DNA from: Botryllus schlosseri
Taxonomy: Eukaryota
DNA length: 64,000 nt
Direction: 5' to 3'
NCBI GenBank assembly: GCA_051294905.1
Contig: CM119372.1
Location: 930,001-994,000, forward strand
The notes below the pieces were generated by a model that was given only the letters and a program-made list of their open reading frames with translations, had not been told where the DNA came from and ran no database searches. The translations under genes were made by a program, and so were the position numbers. Of this stretch, positions 1-13,696 are shown in pieces. The first letter of the stretch is position 1. Every line of letters begins with the position of its first letter.

Positions 1-45
1 TCCGGTATGCCTCCCAAGCCCGTCCGATCTTTGATGGCTTTGAAA
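1..45 (-). CDS. ASIC: ASIC cassette B exon 5 (partial)
   Basis: ttttcAG acceptor at 48-46; GA+T completes Asp, then FKAIKDRTGLGGIP open to the window edge. Confidence 0.7.
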
Positions 46-3000
46 CTGAAAATATATGATACAGTGTCTTTATTGTCCCTGCATGTGTGATGTGATCTCG
101 TGTAAACTCACGACACTTCGACGTAAGCGATTAGCTACCAGAGGTTGTCAGAGTACCATATTCAGTGTTGATATACACGCGTGGAAGTAGAAGTAGCCGT
201 TTTAAAGACACGTCAAAACTACTTCAAGTAGAAGTTGTAGATAAAGAGCTGAAAAGTTCTCAAATGAATAGTTTCCAAACGTATATTTGATCGATGATTT
301 ACAAACTTTTAGAGTTAGTCCGAGGTCGCCACTTTCGAAATTGCAGGTGCATATCTTTGCAACTATACACAAAATGACTAACGACACTATAAGTAGATGC
401 AATTTTGAGAAATACTTTAGGCTATCATGATGCATGGGATCTTTTGCCTAGTTTCAATGAACGTATATCTTATAGTGATGATGTAAGCATAATCCCCAAT
501 CCGAATTGCAAAAAAGGTATTGTACCTGAAAGCTCTTGAAATAGAACATAACCACTTAGGTACTACAATGAGTACTACAAGTAAGCAAAGTCTACTTGAG
601 TACTTCAGAAAAAACAGAAGTACTTCGTTACTGACTGGCTAACGTTGGCTACAAAACTCACTCATCAGTGAAACCCATCGTGTTTTCGTCCAAGATCCTA
701 AAAATCGGCGCCGCGACCCGAAAATAGTCGTCCGTGGTGATTCGACTCAGTCGAAACGAGTTCATATTGCAAATGGTGATAGCGGGGAAAAACATCATTC
801 CAACGTCTTGCTCGTCGAGTTTGGTGACGTGAGGTCTTGAATTATAATAGGAGATTCGGTTCTCGGCCTGAAACGAAACGCGTCGAATTCGAGGCAGATT
901 CGCGAATATCGTCCTCACCAGAGGCGGTCAATGAAATCATGGTATTCAAGTAGAAGTAGAAGTAATGCTGGAACTTTCTACTCGAACACAAGTATAAGCA
1001 GAGCTGGAGAACTAGAAACTTTTCAGTTTTTCCATGTCAGTTTCGATTTAGAATTGAAGTCGCAGTTTATTTGTCAAATTAGATCAGGATCAGAACCAAT
1101 AAATTCGCAAAAAAAAACTTGGAAATTCAATTCAACTCCAAATTGGAGTTCATTCTCATGAGCGCAAGGATGATAAATATCTGTACCGAGCTTGGCTTGA
1201 TTAGAATTCAAATGAAAGAATAACAAGAATTGACGAATTAGAATACCTACATTCGTTTTCATTTGTATATTGAGAAAAATGAGCATATTATGAATGTGAG
1301 GCTTTGATCAACCAGGTGTTTCAAAAAATTTGTTGAACCTGACTTGAACTCAATAATGAACAGTGAACACTATGACTTGAATGCCGGACTCTCGACCCTT
1401 TGATTCCTGATGTGGACTCGGATTTCACTCGGTGGTGAATTGAAAATGACTCGTCCTGACTCGAAACAAACTGCAAAAGTAAAATCGACTTGTGAATAGG
1501 AACCTTGTGACTTGATCACAGTCCTGCACTTGACCACTTCGAAAAAGTGAAAGCGCTTCGCTACTTGCCGCCTCATCTTTTCCTCACCTGATGCAAAAAC
1601 AGCCCCAGCGACACGAAGAACGACACGAACCAGACCGCGCGCCGAAACTTCCCGGTGCGTTTGAGAAACACGTGACTCACGCCGTGCAGCGTAGTGTTCT
1701 CCGCGAAGAAAGAAAGGTCGGAAGGTTTCGGCTCCTCTGGCGCAGGCGAGGGGAAATCACCCGCGGAACGCTGTCAGAACAGATTGTCAATCAATCAATC
1801 ATTCAATAAATCAGTCATTTAACATCATCGTTGAAATTTTCATCATAATCAAACCATCACCAGATTGCGATATATTGAAAAGATGTAAGGGTGTCGAAAC
1901 GACTTGGAGTAGTCTTTAAGCCAAACAACCAAATTGGCCTAGAGCAGTGGTTTTCAACCTATTTGGTCTTGCAGACCGGTAACACTTCAAAACAAATGTT
2001 GCGGTCACTTGAGGGTCTTCAAAAATCAAAATCAACCCTAAATTGAGCCACAACAAATGTTTGCAACTCATATGCCGCATTTTTTATATTATATATTTAT
2101 ACGCCGTTCTATAGAAGTTTCTGCAAGGCGAAGCTCGCGAAGTCCTGTTTTAGACCACTAACTTGATTGTGATTGTTTGGACTCCATACTCCATTGAAAT
2201 AAATGCGACTTCGCTGTTTCCCTATTATCCTGACAAGTGTCGTATAAAATTGCACTAAATTTAATGAAGTTTTGGAAGTCTCTAGCTTTCACACATAATA
2301 ACGCAGCCTATCGCAAGCGAGTGATAGACTATACCTATGTAAAATTCTTACGACGTCATGCAGAAAAACACGTTTTAAAATTTTAAATCTATTGAATATT
2401 TGATGCTTTATATCTTTAATTAACGGACAAGCGTCCAACCTCGTACATTTTGGAATTGAGATATGATATTCTAATATATTTGGTGGAGCGGCAGCAAACT
2501 TGTAACGGATTGGCACCGGTCCGCGGACCCGCGGTTGAGAAGCAATGGCGTAGATAAATGTAAATAAGAGACATGCATACAGGTGAAAAGAAATTGCGGA
2601 TGAAGAGACTGGCGAATTAGAGAAGACAATGACATCTAGATAATTCAAGTTGTCTAATTCGACGAATTAATGCGAAATGCCGGTACTCAAATTATAATCT
2701 AATTTGTAAAATGTTGCTATTTTCAGTCTAATCTAATTTCTGGTTCTCCTGAAAATGCTACAGGAGAACTGAATCGTGAGAACGAGTCAAGCTCGGTGTA
2801 CAGAGATTTTTCCTTCTCGTGTTTATGTGAATCAGCTATGAGTTGATAAGAACTCAACTTGTTTTTTGTTGTATTTCTTTCAAATTTGGAATCGAATTGA
2901 ATTTACAAGATTTTGTAAATTCAGTCCTTCTAATTCTAATCTGATTCGAAAGAAATGTGTAGCTATCATTCTAACTGTAATCTAATTCGGAAAAACCTGC

Positions 3001-6000
3001 TCTTCTAGTCATGACCAAGCTGATAAATAATCAAACGCAATGACGTACAACAATCGCACGCCTAAATTTCGGATCACGTCGGATGATGTCACAAATCCGA
3101 AAATCCTCCGCCACGGCGCACGCCGCATTTATTTTCCAATCCATTACGCGGAGTTTTGTTGTCAATGCGTCGCGCGACATGACGATAATACGCAAAGCAA
3201 GGAGCGCTCTCAAATCCGGCTTTCGCGCGCCTCCCACGAGACCCCAAGTCATCGTAACGAGACAGAGTTATTAAAGTGAGCCCAACGAGGGAACCAGAAA
3301 TCAATTATTCTGACGGGCTCATTATTGGATTTTTGAGGATATGGAATCCATTATTACTCGCTACGAGACAGTACATCGAACTTGCGAAGCCTAGTCAGCC
3401 CGCAAGATGATCGCACCACGACCCAACATATCTAACTCAACTTACGTCGCCTGTCACGTCATTTTCTCGCTTGCCTTCTATATTCTCTGCTTAAATACTT
3501 TCCAATCAGTGTGCATCCTCTTCTTTACATCGCATAGTCCCGGGCGGGTGTCTGATTTCGAAGACAACTACAAGTCGTTTTGAGACCTTCCTATCTTCTC
3601 ATTGTATCGCAGTTTTGTGGTGTTTTGAAATGATGAAAATATTAATAAACTGATCCCGGGGCCTACGATAAGTATCGTAGGCTACGCTGATCCTGATACT
3701 GCATTGTTACAAGGGACGGACACAATGGATGGTCCGAGTATTCGAATCCGAATCGAGTACTGATTCGAATGATTCGAGTCAAGCAGTAAGAGCTAATTTT
3801 GTCGAGTACTGAGAGTTGATTTATCGACGCAAATTATAGCTTCGATACTATTTTTTCCATGAGGAAAACTGTAAACCTCGACTTGTCGTATGGCAGCATA
3901 CGAAACATGTATAGTACAAAGCTGCGCACGTTAATTGAAATGAGATATCTGTGAGGTCGTGATCGACCCACAGAATTGCCACTTGGGGTTGCAATTAAAG
4001 CAAATGGTACTTTAAAACACTTTGTTTAAAACATGTTTTTAAAAAATGCCTTTATATAAAAACAAAATCGTGCTTTTTTCAAAGTTGCATAATTGTGCCC
4101 TAAATGTGTGAATACTTTCGAAAAAAACATGTAGTATGCCTAAGTGCCTACGGAAGATTTGCGCCCGATATAGTCGACGTATACGATATGGAATGGTTGG
4201 ATCAGAGGTATCAAACTCAAATATGCTCGCGGGCCAATTTCCTAGTTTTTGACGCCGCCGCGGGACGCAGCATCAGTATTAGGGATATTCAATGTAAATT
4301 TCCAAGTAGGCCTTATTTGACGAGACCTTGCATATAGGCATTCCACAAACATCGTGAAAATGTAATTTACTATTGTACTATTCACGCTTGCCACGGCAAA
4401 AAATCACATTTCCAAAAATTGTCTTTGTGCCGGGCATAATTTGTTAAGATAATGAGTTATATAAACCATGAGAGAGGACAAATGTGTGATGACATAGTAA
4501 AAGCTGTTGCGTTATCTTATTGCAGCTAGCGGAGATTTGACGTGCCACAATTATAGGAAGGATATTCTAGAAGTTACCAAAGATTGTTCTGATATCAGAG
4601 GTCAGAGCATTTGAGCAATGTAGCCTAATCCGGGTTTCTTGTATAGACCTGATAGGCCATTGCTCATGTCATTACAAAAGTCAAATTACATCTGCGTTGT
4701 ATTTGCCTTCGATTGGAACAGGTCACTAACAATTTAAATCTAATATTTATTGTGTCATAATAATAGCAGTGTTTATTAACCTTTTTAGTGATCATACCCC
4801 TTGTGCTTTCAATAAGATTTCTCGCATCCCTCCCTATCCATTTTCAACCCCAGTTAAGATGATACCAACCAAAAAGTCAATTCACTTAAAATCGCGCGTA
4901 GTGCAAAGAATATTTTTCAGTTGACTAAATTAGCCCGAAAATATTCCACTTTTTGTTGCTTTGCAAAATAATTTTAAGCTCCAGATAGCATATAGGCCTA
5001 ATTCCACGATGCATCTCGTACCCCCTAATGTAGTGCTTCGTACCCCGAATGCATCCGTGGACCCCTGGTTAAGAACCCCTGGAATAGAAACGTCCAATCG
5101 CCGAAGAATCCATTGGGATTACAGCTGTGGAACGTACCACTACCTGACTCGCCACCGGCGATAATAACATGGATAAGGAGACCAAAGATCACCACGGCTG
5201 TAACTAACTATACATCATGGGGACAACAGAATGCCAATGGTTTCCATATTGACATAATTAGATAACTATATCCGCTACGCAACGCAAGCTATGACATTCT
5301 GATATCTTACTATTCCATATGACAGATTGGCAGTTTGTTGTGTCCTTGGTCGTACAAGGTCACGGCGTTCCGAGTCCTACTCTAATTTCAACGTTCAACC
5401 CTACTCGACTCGAGTTATCATCATTTTATCACCCGGCAGTCAGTCCAAATTCGAGGTAATTTCACGAACTGTCGCGGTTAAGTCCAAATCACAATTTTCA
5501 GTCACAAATCATCTACGGGTCATGTTTTATCATCGTGAACTACAAATGTGACATAATAGCTGATCTTCCACCACATGGTAGCTATTGGACGTGTTGTGAA
5601 GGTGAAGTTCGATGAGATTTCAGATTTTTGAAATAGTTTTACATCGAACTTCAAGTAGTCAAATATGAAAAAGATATGGGTAAGTTAAATATATTTTCGA
5701 ATACATGAAAATCCAGAGCGCCGTCGCGAACTAGCTCTCGCGGGCCGCGTGTTTGAGACCTCTGATATAGATCATTGGTTATGACCACCGACCGTAAAAA
5801 TGCTGCATAACGAATTAGTCCTGGTTAAAGATATTTTGGTCCGTTTATGACAGGGGACCAAAGGAGCCATATTTACCCTATATTTTCAATTGTTAATATC
5901 CTTTCGCTATCACGTCACATTAAAAGATTCATGACGTAATGGCTTAAAAACAAAACAAATGAAAAAAAAAATAAAAAAATGTTATAAACATGTTTTTTTA

Positions 6001-9000
6001 ATTGATTTTTGTTTTAAATGAAACCCTAGCTGTATCACTTCTGACTCAACTCTCATTGTCAGAAAGTGCGATAAAATTGGTGTGGTCGAAAAAATACCAA
6101 ATCATATTTATTGTGATGTAGAACTGACGTAATATTTTTATGGTCGCATAAAGGGCTCATATTTGAATATTCGACATCATTTCTACTGTTGTGAAGTCTA
6201 ATACTCGATTCAGAATCGAATCACTCAACTCATTTACTATATTAGGAACCTAAGGTTATTAGAAGCTTTTTCCGACATGGAAAAAGTAAAATAGTAAAAA
6301 GTTAGTAATTTGACTTAAAAAGTAGAAGTAAAAGTAGTATAAAATGTACGTAAAAAGTATAAAAACACGCGAGTAAGTATCGTATAGGCAAAACCTACTT
6401 CAATACTTGGAATAAGTAGAGATACTTCGATACTGACTACATCTGTAATTTGCCAAGTGCCACTTATTACAAGTATTCTTCAAGTATTCTTCAAGCACAA
6501 GTAGAAGTAGTCTACAGCATAACCGCTTGAGGAAGTAATGAAGTATGCAAAGTATACTTGAAGTAGAAGTACTTGGTTCCTCACCTTGTCGGACATGGAA
6601 CTCCTCCTTCTTGTCCTCGCGCCGTTTTCCTGAACATGCGACTTTGAAGTCACGATCGGAGCTACCTTGTCGTTGAAAGCCGACAAGATGGTGTGGGGCC
6701 GGCGGACAGGCGCCGTTTTATGGTCTGCGGGCGCGTGCATTCCCGCGCAGCGCGCGCACGAATTGTCGGAGATATATGCCGACGGCGCGGGTAAAGCCTT
6801 GCAGGACTTCCCGCCGATATTGGAAACGCTCGATGTCGTGGCCTGGAAAGGTAATGAAATCACGTAGACTTATGATAAGTTGACTATACGTTCACACGTT
6901 AGTAGCTGCAATGAGACTTGGACAACTAGATAATTCTAGTTGTTTAATTATATCGAAATGCATGTGATGTATTTCTAACCTAATTTGTGAAATTTTCCAT
7001 GCTTAATCTAATGTCTGCTTTTCCCAAAAAAGCTACAGGAGATCGAGAGAAGTTTGCTGCACAGACATTTGCCATTCTCGTGCATGCTTAATAAGAATAA
7101 ACTGTGACGTCGATATGAGCTGATTTTGAACTTGATTTTTGTAGTATCTCTTTTAAGCAGGAATTGATTTCAATTTCCAAGTGTTTACGATTTCAGCCAC
7201 AGTAATTTGATGATTATGTTTTGACAAAAGAACTATGTAGCTATCATCGTAATTCTAACGTAATTTGAGTTGAGTATTTAAAAGCCACCAATTACGACCT
7301 CAAAACATTATTAATGGCTTGAAAAGGTCAATTGTGCACCTTTTCATCGGTCACAGGGAAATTACGATGGTTATTAGATACATAGTGTACGACTGGACGC
7401 AGAAATGCCGTTCCATGAATATTCGTAACCTTGTGCACCATGTTTTCTGATGCTGAGATATCAATTCTTCAACGGCGAAATAAAGTATCGGAAAGTATTA
7501 AGATATCGCTCTTGTCGGGAAGGCAAATATTTCTTATTAAAAAAATCACCTCTAGCTAATCGAACTGAATCATTACAATTGATACTCGGCTCGAATTCGG
7601 CTCCAATCATTGCCCCAGCCCTTTGCAAGGATTTCTACTTTGCGGAGTACTCAAGTAAGTTTTGTCCTACTTACACTACTTACTCAAGTGATTGTGATAT
7701 TAGACTACTTCTACCTCACAGCCTTCAGCTTCTTTACAGCTGAAATTAGACCTATATTACCTACTCTTACCTATAGTTTAAAATCAATGCATCACACTTC
7801 AATCCTACTTTTTACCGACTTGGAAATCACTACTTAGCAGCAACCAGTTTATAGGCAAAATTAGACGTACAATATCTACTTTCTACTTAGTCAGAAATTA
7901 TAAATTCTACTTGGGGTTGAGCAGAAATCTAGGAAGTTACGACTACTTTCACTGAAGTACAGTAAAGTACAGTTTCCTCAACTATTGTGAGATAGGAGCT
8001 AGTTCGTGGACGAATTTCAATCTAGAGAATACGGAAAAAGCCCTGGTTAGTCTAAAACGCAAGGTGCGGATCCTAATGACTAATTCGCGTATCGAGTTCT
8101 TGTCATGTTAAGACTGGGAGCTCTGACGAATGACGTTTCGATTAAATTTCGCGAGACTGAAATGATGACAGGACTTCAATATTGTGTTCACATCGTGAAC
8201 GAAATGCGTCGATCCGAAACTGTCAGCTACCATATTCTTTACGCGGCGCAATCGCCAGCGCGTGGCCACTATAGGGCTGGGCGCAATGGTCCGAGTACTC
8301 GAAGTCAAATCGAGCAATAATTCTAATGATTCGAGTCGAGCAATGTGAGATGACATTTTGCGTATTGAACTTTGTGCAACGGAGAGTGGATTTATCAACA
8401 AGAATGATAGTTTCGACACTCTTCCATTGTGGAAGGTTTGAAACCTCCATTATCCGTATCTCAATACACGAAACATAAGCTACGAATATTACTGGAAATT
8501 TGGTGTCGCCACGCGGGATGCGATACGATGATATGTTCAGGTAATACGTCAGGGCATCACACGAGCCCCAGGGGTTCGCTGGATGTCAAGGCACATACAG
8601 GACTTATACGGCAGAAGACACACTGATTCGCAGTAAATATTCATTAAAATCTGTTCTGTTTGTGTTAAAATCGTGTTTTAATGGTATGATTCTTTTAACA
8701 CCGTTGTGTTAACACCGTTGTGTTTTAACACGGTTCATTTTGTGTACTATAGGATTCTATAGAAATCTATTATATTTGTAGTTTGGTTGATTTATGTTTT
8801 TGTGGCTAGGCGAAAATTTGGGGCTCGCCGAAAGCTAATAGATACTTGTGTAAGAATTATCCACACTGCGCTATGTGTTTCATATTGCAACATAGCTGCC
8901 ATTTGTGATTGGTGAAGGGCTTGTCCACACATGATCGAGCATGACTTGGGCATGTGACTTTGATTATATGGGTTAATATTTTGCCTACGATGGGTTAAAG

Positions 9001-9366
9001 GTTAATTTTGGGATTAAGTCGCATGCTCTACTCATTGTATATCATGGGGTTGGTGATTTTTTTTAAATTTCATTGGCGTACGCCATGAAATTATTAGGTT
9101 GCCTAAAAAACGCTGCACATCAAATTTGGCTGAATTACGACCCGTAGAAGCAAAGTCATGGGAGTACAAAATCTTTGACTTGAAATGAATAGTATTTACG
9201 ATGGAGAATTCTATCATTTAGTTTTGCCGAAAAATTGTTTCTGAGTATGTGTCGCGTGTGCTCAAATATCTGGAAACCCTATGAAGTAACTGGTCGCCGC
9301 TGAAAATGGAAGATTACATGTCGAAAGATTGTGACTCACCTTACCAGGGACGACGTTCATTCTCAT
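1..9366 (-). CDS. ASIC: ASIC (DEG/ENaC) N-terminal cassette B: long cytoplasmic N-terminus, HG motif, TM1 and start of the ectodomain; continues off the left edge
   Basis: Exons 9366-9340, 6842-6585, 1770-1588, 867-662 and 45-<1, all GT-AG, phases 0,0,0,2 consistent. Translation MRMNVVPGK|ATTSS...MSDK|RSAGDF...FAENTTLHGVSHVF...WFVSFFVSLGLFLHQ|AENRISYYNSRPHVTKLDEQ...[13 protein letters not shown]...|FKAIKDRTGLGGIP carries the TxHG, PHVTKLDE and FPAITICN signatures. Confidence 0.85.
662..867 (-). CDS. ASIC: ASIC cassette B exon 4
   Basis: tttcAG acceptor and GTGAGT donor; [42 protein letters not shown]... Confidence 0.93.
1588..1770 (-). CDS. ASIC: ASIC cassette B exon 3 (HG motif and TM1)
   Basis: 183 nt, 61 codons: RSAGDFPSPAPEEPKPSDLSFFAENTTLHGVSHVFLKRTGKFRRAVWFVSFFVSLGLFLHQ; ctgacAG acceptor, GTGAGG donor. 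Confidence 0.92.
1945..2547. mobile_element. hAT/Charlie-type MITE
   Basis: TIRs CAGTGGTTTTCAACC / GGTTGAGAAGCAATG; degenerate 8-bp flanks GCCTAGAG / GCGTAGAT. Confidence 0.6.
2630..3005. repeat. Dispersed ~380-bp CTAATT/ATTCTAATCTAATT-patterned repeat family
   Basis: Recurs near 1040-1260, 6920-7270, 9810-10115, 26010-26350, 29025-29345, 44320-44645 and 48660-48930; shared core CTGAAAATGCTACAGGAGAACTG. Confidence 0.7.
6585..6842 (-). CDS. ASIC: ASIC cassette B exon 2 (N-terminal extension)
   Basis: GC-rich 258-nt open exon, ctttccAG acceptor and AAG|GTGAGG donor, phase 0/0 in frame with exon 3. Confidence 0.72.
9340..9366 (-). CDS. ASIC: ASIC cassette B first coding exon (MRMNVVPGK); exon 9411-9340 includes 5'UTR
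   Basis: ttttatcAG acceptor at 9414-9412, in-frame TAG upstream of the ATG at 9366, AAG|GTGAGT phase-0 donor. Confidence 0.55.
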
Positions 9367-12300
9367 GCCAAGCCCGGATGATTCCTTGAATAATAGCTAC
9401 TTCCGGTTTCCCTGATAAAAAGGAAATATTCGTTACCGCGGGGATTCGTTGTCACGAACATCATCACCTCTTTCCTGCCTACAGATTTTGAAAACTAGAA
9501 AATGCTCAGCTATTCCAAATTTGACCTATCGATCTCGCTTCCCATGACATGCCGCCCTATTTCTCGTCGCTTTCTTTTTCTATACTATCTTCTTTACTTT
9601 CATTCAGTGTGCATGCCTCCTCTTTACATCGCCTAGGCCAAGGTGGGTGTCCGATTCCATAGACTACTCCTTGTCGCTTCGACATCTTCCTGTCTTTTCA
9701 TTGTATCGCATTTTATGTGGTGTATTGAACTAATAAAATTGCAAATAAACCAATGATGATGAATGATGATGATTAAAATTATAACTAGAATGATACGCAT
9801 AAACCATTCTTCCAAATTAGGTTTGAATTTGAATTACCGCAGACCTGGAACTTGAATTAAACTTCGATTTAAATAGAAATGCGGCAAAAATTGAGTTCAG
9901 TTCATGTGACGTCACATTCGATTCTCACAAGCATGAGAATGACAAATACCTGGACACCGATCAATATACAGTAGCACAGTTATATAGCATTTTCAGGAAA
10001 TCAGAAACAAATTAGAATTAAAATGAGAGAATAGAAACATATTACACATTATAGTACCGGCATTTCGCTTTAATCCGGCTAATTAGGGAACTAGAACTAT
10101 CTATAGTTGTCCTGGTCTGATCCCTGACTATCTGCGAATCTCAACTAATTTCCTTCAAAAACTTGATTGGAATTACGCATGTACTCGGAATGATACGCTA
10201 CGGCTCAACTGGATTCAGGATTTCAGCCGCTAGGCTTTCGCGTGAGCGAAACGACCGGTAACAAAAGAGCACTCTCTTACACTGCATGCATCGGTCTAGT
10301 TTCTTAGTTCACTGTCATATGCAATGTCGCACATTTTTTCTTGTACATTTTCTTCCCGATCGATCGCGCGATGGGAAAACGAATGACGACAAAGACAGAA
10401 CAATCGCCGACTCGTGAGAGTCATCCGCCTTGTTAACTAGTTGGCAATATTTGTCGGCTCTCTAGAGATTCACCGATATGAGAATTGCATCGTTCTTGTA
10501 ATTGCTATTTCGTTGTGACGGGGCCCGGGACAAATGAAAGATGGGATAAACTTCACCGAACCGAAATTACCCCCAGTTATAGACAAATAGTAATAGTTCA
10601 GCTTCTCCTAATGAGATTAGAATTACAATGAGAACTACACGACTTTTCTCAAATTAGATTATAAAATTAAAAGTTACTGAATGCGAAAAGGCTTGGAAAT
10701 TGAATGAAATTCCGGGTCCCTTCATTTCAAATCAAATATTTATAATCCCACCAACCGCTATTATAAGCACCGCAACATAAGTATATTGTTAAATAATATT
10801 AATAATAATAATTTGTACGGTTCAAAAATAAAGATTTTCTATGTGTCAGAAACCAGAGATTAGTATAGATTTGGAGTTGGATCGGAAATGGATTGTGAAT
10901 ATTTTGAAGATGGATTTATGGATATGGACTTGAAAATTGTCGCAACACAATTTTCATGTAATTTTTGATCAAATGTCAGCCATTACCGGATTTTGACTTA
11001 GATGTGGACTGGACGCAATGCAGAGTAAATTGCAGATTTGGAATTGGATTTGTATTTGGATCAGTCTAGTCAGAGCTCGAGATAAATTCTCGCTTCTCCT
11101 TTTATGTCATCTTATTTTATGTTTCATTCAGTGCGCAAGCCTTCTCGATACATCGCCCACACTCAAGTGGCTATACTCCAAGTCATTGTATCGCAATCTT
11201 GTGGTGCATTGATTGGATGAAATGTTTAATAATAAACCGAAATCTAGAACAAGATTTGGACTTGAAAATATCAATTCTGATGATCTCTGCATGATACGGT
11301 GTTATTTCATGTGCCGCGGCGAAATAGCAAATAACTCATTCGACATTTAGCGATCGCAAAAGTCCATTAACTGCTTCTGTTCGGTGTTATGCGTACCGAC
11401 AGTCAATGCGGGTCTTTTGGGACTTCGATTCTATCGATTTTCGGCGAGTAACGACAGGATTATAGCGAAAGTCGAGGGGTAGTGACAGTAGCCTGGTCCG
11501 TTCGGAGACGCTTTATAGGGCTCCGACTTTTACAAACATCTTTAGATTCACTCCAGACTTGACGTTCGGTTGTTACGAGGGATGGGCAGAGCGATTTAAG
11601 TACTCAAATCTAAATCGAGTATTAATTCCAATAATTCGAGTGTAGTAGTTCGATATTTTTTAGTACTGTAATTATCAACTCCTTGACACAATAAGAGCTA
11701 ATTTATCGACGGAAATATAGTTTCGATGCTATTTTCCACTGTGGAATTCTTGAACTTTGATCGGTGGTATCGCAGCATACAAAACATGTAATATAAAGCT
11801 ACGCATGTAACTGGAAGTCACATCTGTGAAGCCGTGATCAACCCACAGCATTTTCACAAGGTGTGATGAAATAGGTATGGTCGGGAAATACCAAGTAATC
11901 TTTGATATTATCTGGCAATATATTCTTCGTGGTGACATATTTAAAATTTTGACAACATTCATACTGTTGTGAGTAATCGAATCACTTAGGTACTCGATTT
12001 TGCTTAGCCCTATAACGATGCTGTAAGTTATTGCTCGAACCAGGAAATAATCTCAAATATATTTCAAAAACTATAATATTCCAATTATGACCTTTACTTC
12101 AAGTCGACTCTGATTTAATTGGACTTTCTCAGTGGCGCAAAGCTACCCCGACAAAAAAAACAACTTTGACTAGACATTTCATAACACCGCCTACGGCCTC
12201 GATTAGTGCCACCGTTCCGCCATTAGTTATTCGGTATCCACGTGACCATCGATTATATTAATTCCCGCATCCATTAATCGATCGCATCGGTAATAACCCC

Positions 12301-13696
12301 GAAGATTTTTTATGAATAATAAATCCGTAACAAACTAGTTTCGACTTTGCGAATAAGTCACAAAATTTTTGTTACAATCATGTTTTTGAAGAGCTTCTTG
12401 GAGGTACAGAACTTCAATATACAATTAAATAGTATATTCATATTTCATGTTTTTGTATTGTAATTTCTGAGTCTAGTATGATCTTGCGAGTCGAGTCGAA
12501 TGTTCGCGTATCAATCACCATGGCGCTATAACAGTATGAAAATATGTGGGAAGTTCCGCTATGTACCTTTTATGCTTTCACAGCACAGCATATAATGCCA
12601 GTTCCACATCACATTAAAGATATCTTGGTATTGCTTCGACCATTCCTATTTCATTTCACTTTGTGAAAAAAGGGTCATCACTTCGACTCGATTCCCGATT
12701 CACCCGATTTTTTTTCACAAACCTCTGACGTTCGCTGCGTCGGCGTCGCGTTTGCATTTTAAGACTTTTTATAGTTAAAGAGGACAAATTCCCCAAAAGA
12801 GGACATTTTGGCGTCCTACGAGGACAGCACTTTCAATTTATCGAAAAAAGAGAGGACAAATCCTCTTAAAAGAGGACGTATGGTAACCGTAACTAATACT
12901 CGATGCAGATTCGAGTACCCGAATCGTTGTGCTCAGCTATAGTTACGATTCCACAACATTCGCAAATCTGTTGAACATAGGACAGAGCATAAAAAAAACT
13001 AACACAAGTATCACGATCAAGTCGCGAACCAATACCCAATTCAATTTATATCGAAGCCAATCGATTTGTACCAGAGAATTCTCTGTCCAAATTTTATTCC
13101 TCTGTTGTTATTCATTATCTAGTCATTCCAAGAAAAATCACTCATTAATATTAATGCAAAATATAGTTGTGTCGCCAGAGAACTGCCGCTGCGGAGTTAC
13201 AGTCTGGCACCAGACTTACGAAGAAGGGCATTTGAAGATTTGAGATGCTCTGGAACTGCCAATCAACAGGGAGATCGAACCGACTACAGATCTTGCATGC
13301 GTTCAATGGCAGGCATCCATATTGCACAAACATGGCTCATCTACCGCAGCTTTCGGTGATGCGATGTGATGCATACAAATTTCTCTGCTGGTTGATGACG
13401 ATTACCCTTGACGAATGTCAAGGTTAATTTGGGGGTTAATTTAAACATGAATATACTGTTCAATGTCACATTGAAGTCATGTATACCCCGAATAGCTTTT
13501 CTATTGACTAGTAGCATCTCTCTCTTCCTACAATTATCGCTGATAATATAGATCAGTGGCAATTTCTCAGTATAGTTCTCTAGTGTGTGAGGTGTATTTG
13601 TGCTAGTAGGTAAAACCTACTTGAGTAATCTGAAATAGAAGAGATACTTCACTAATGATCACTTTCGCTTACGAGTGTCCAGATGGAGTAATTTCA

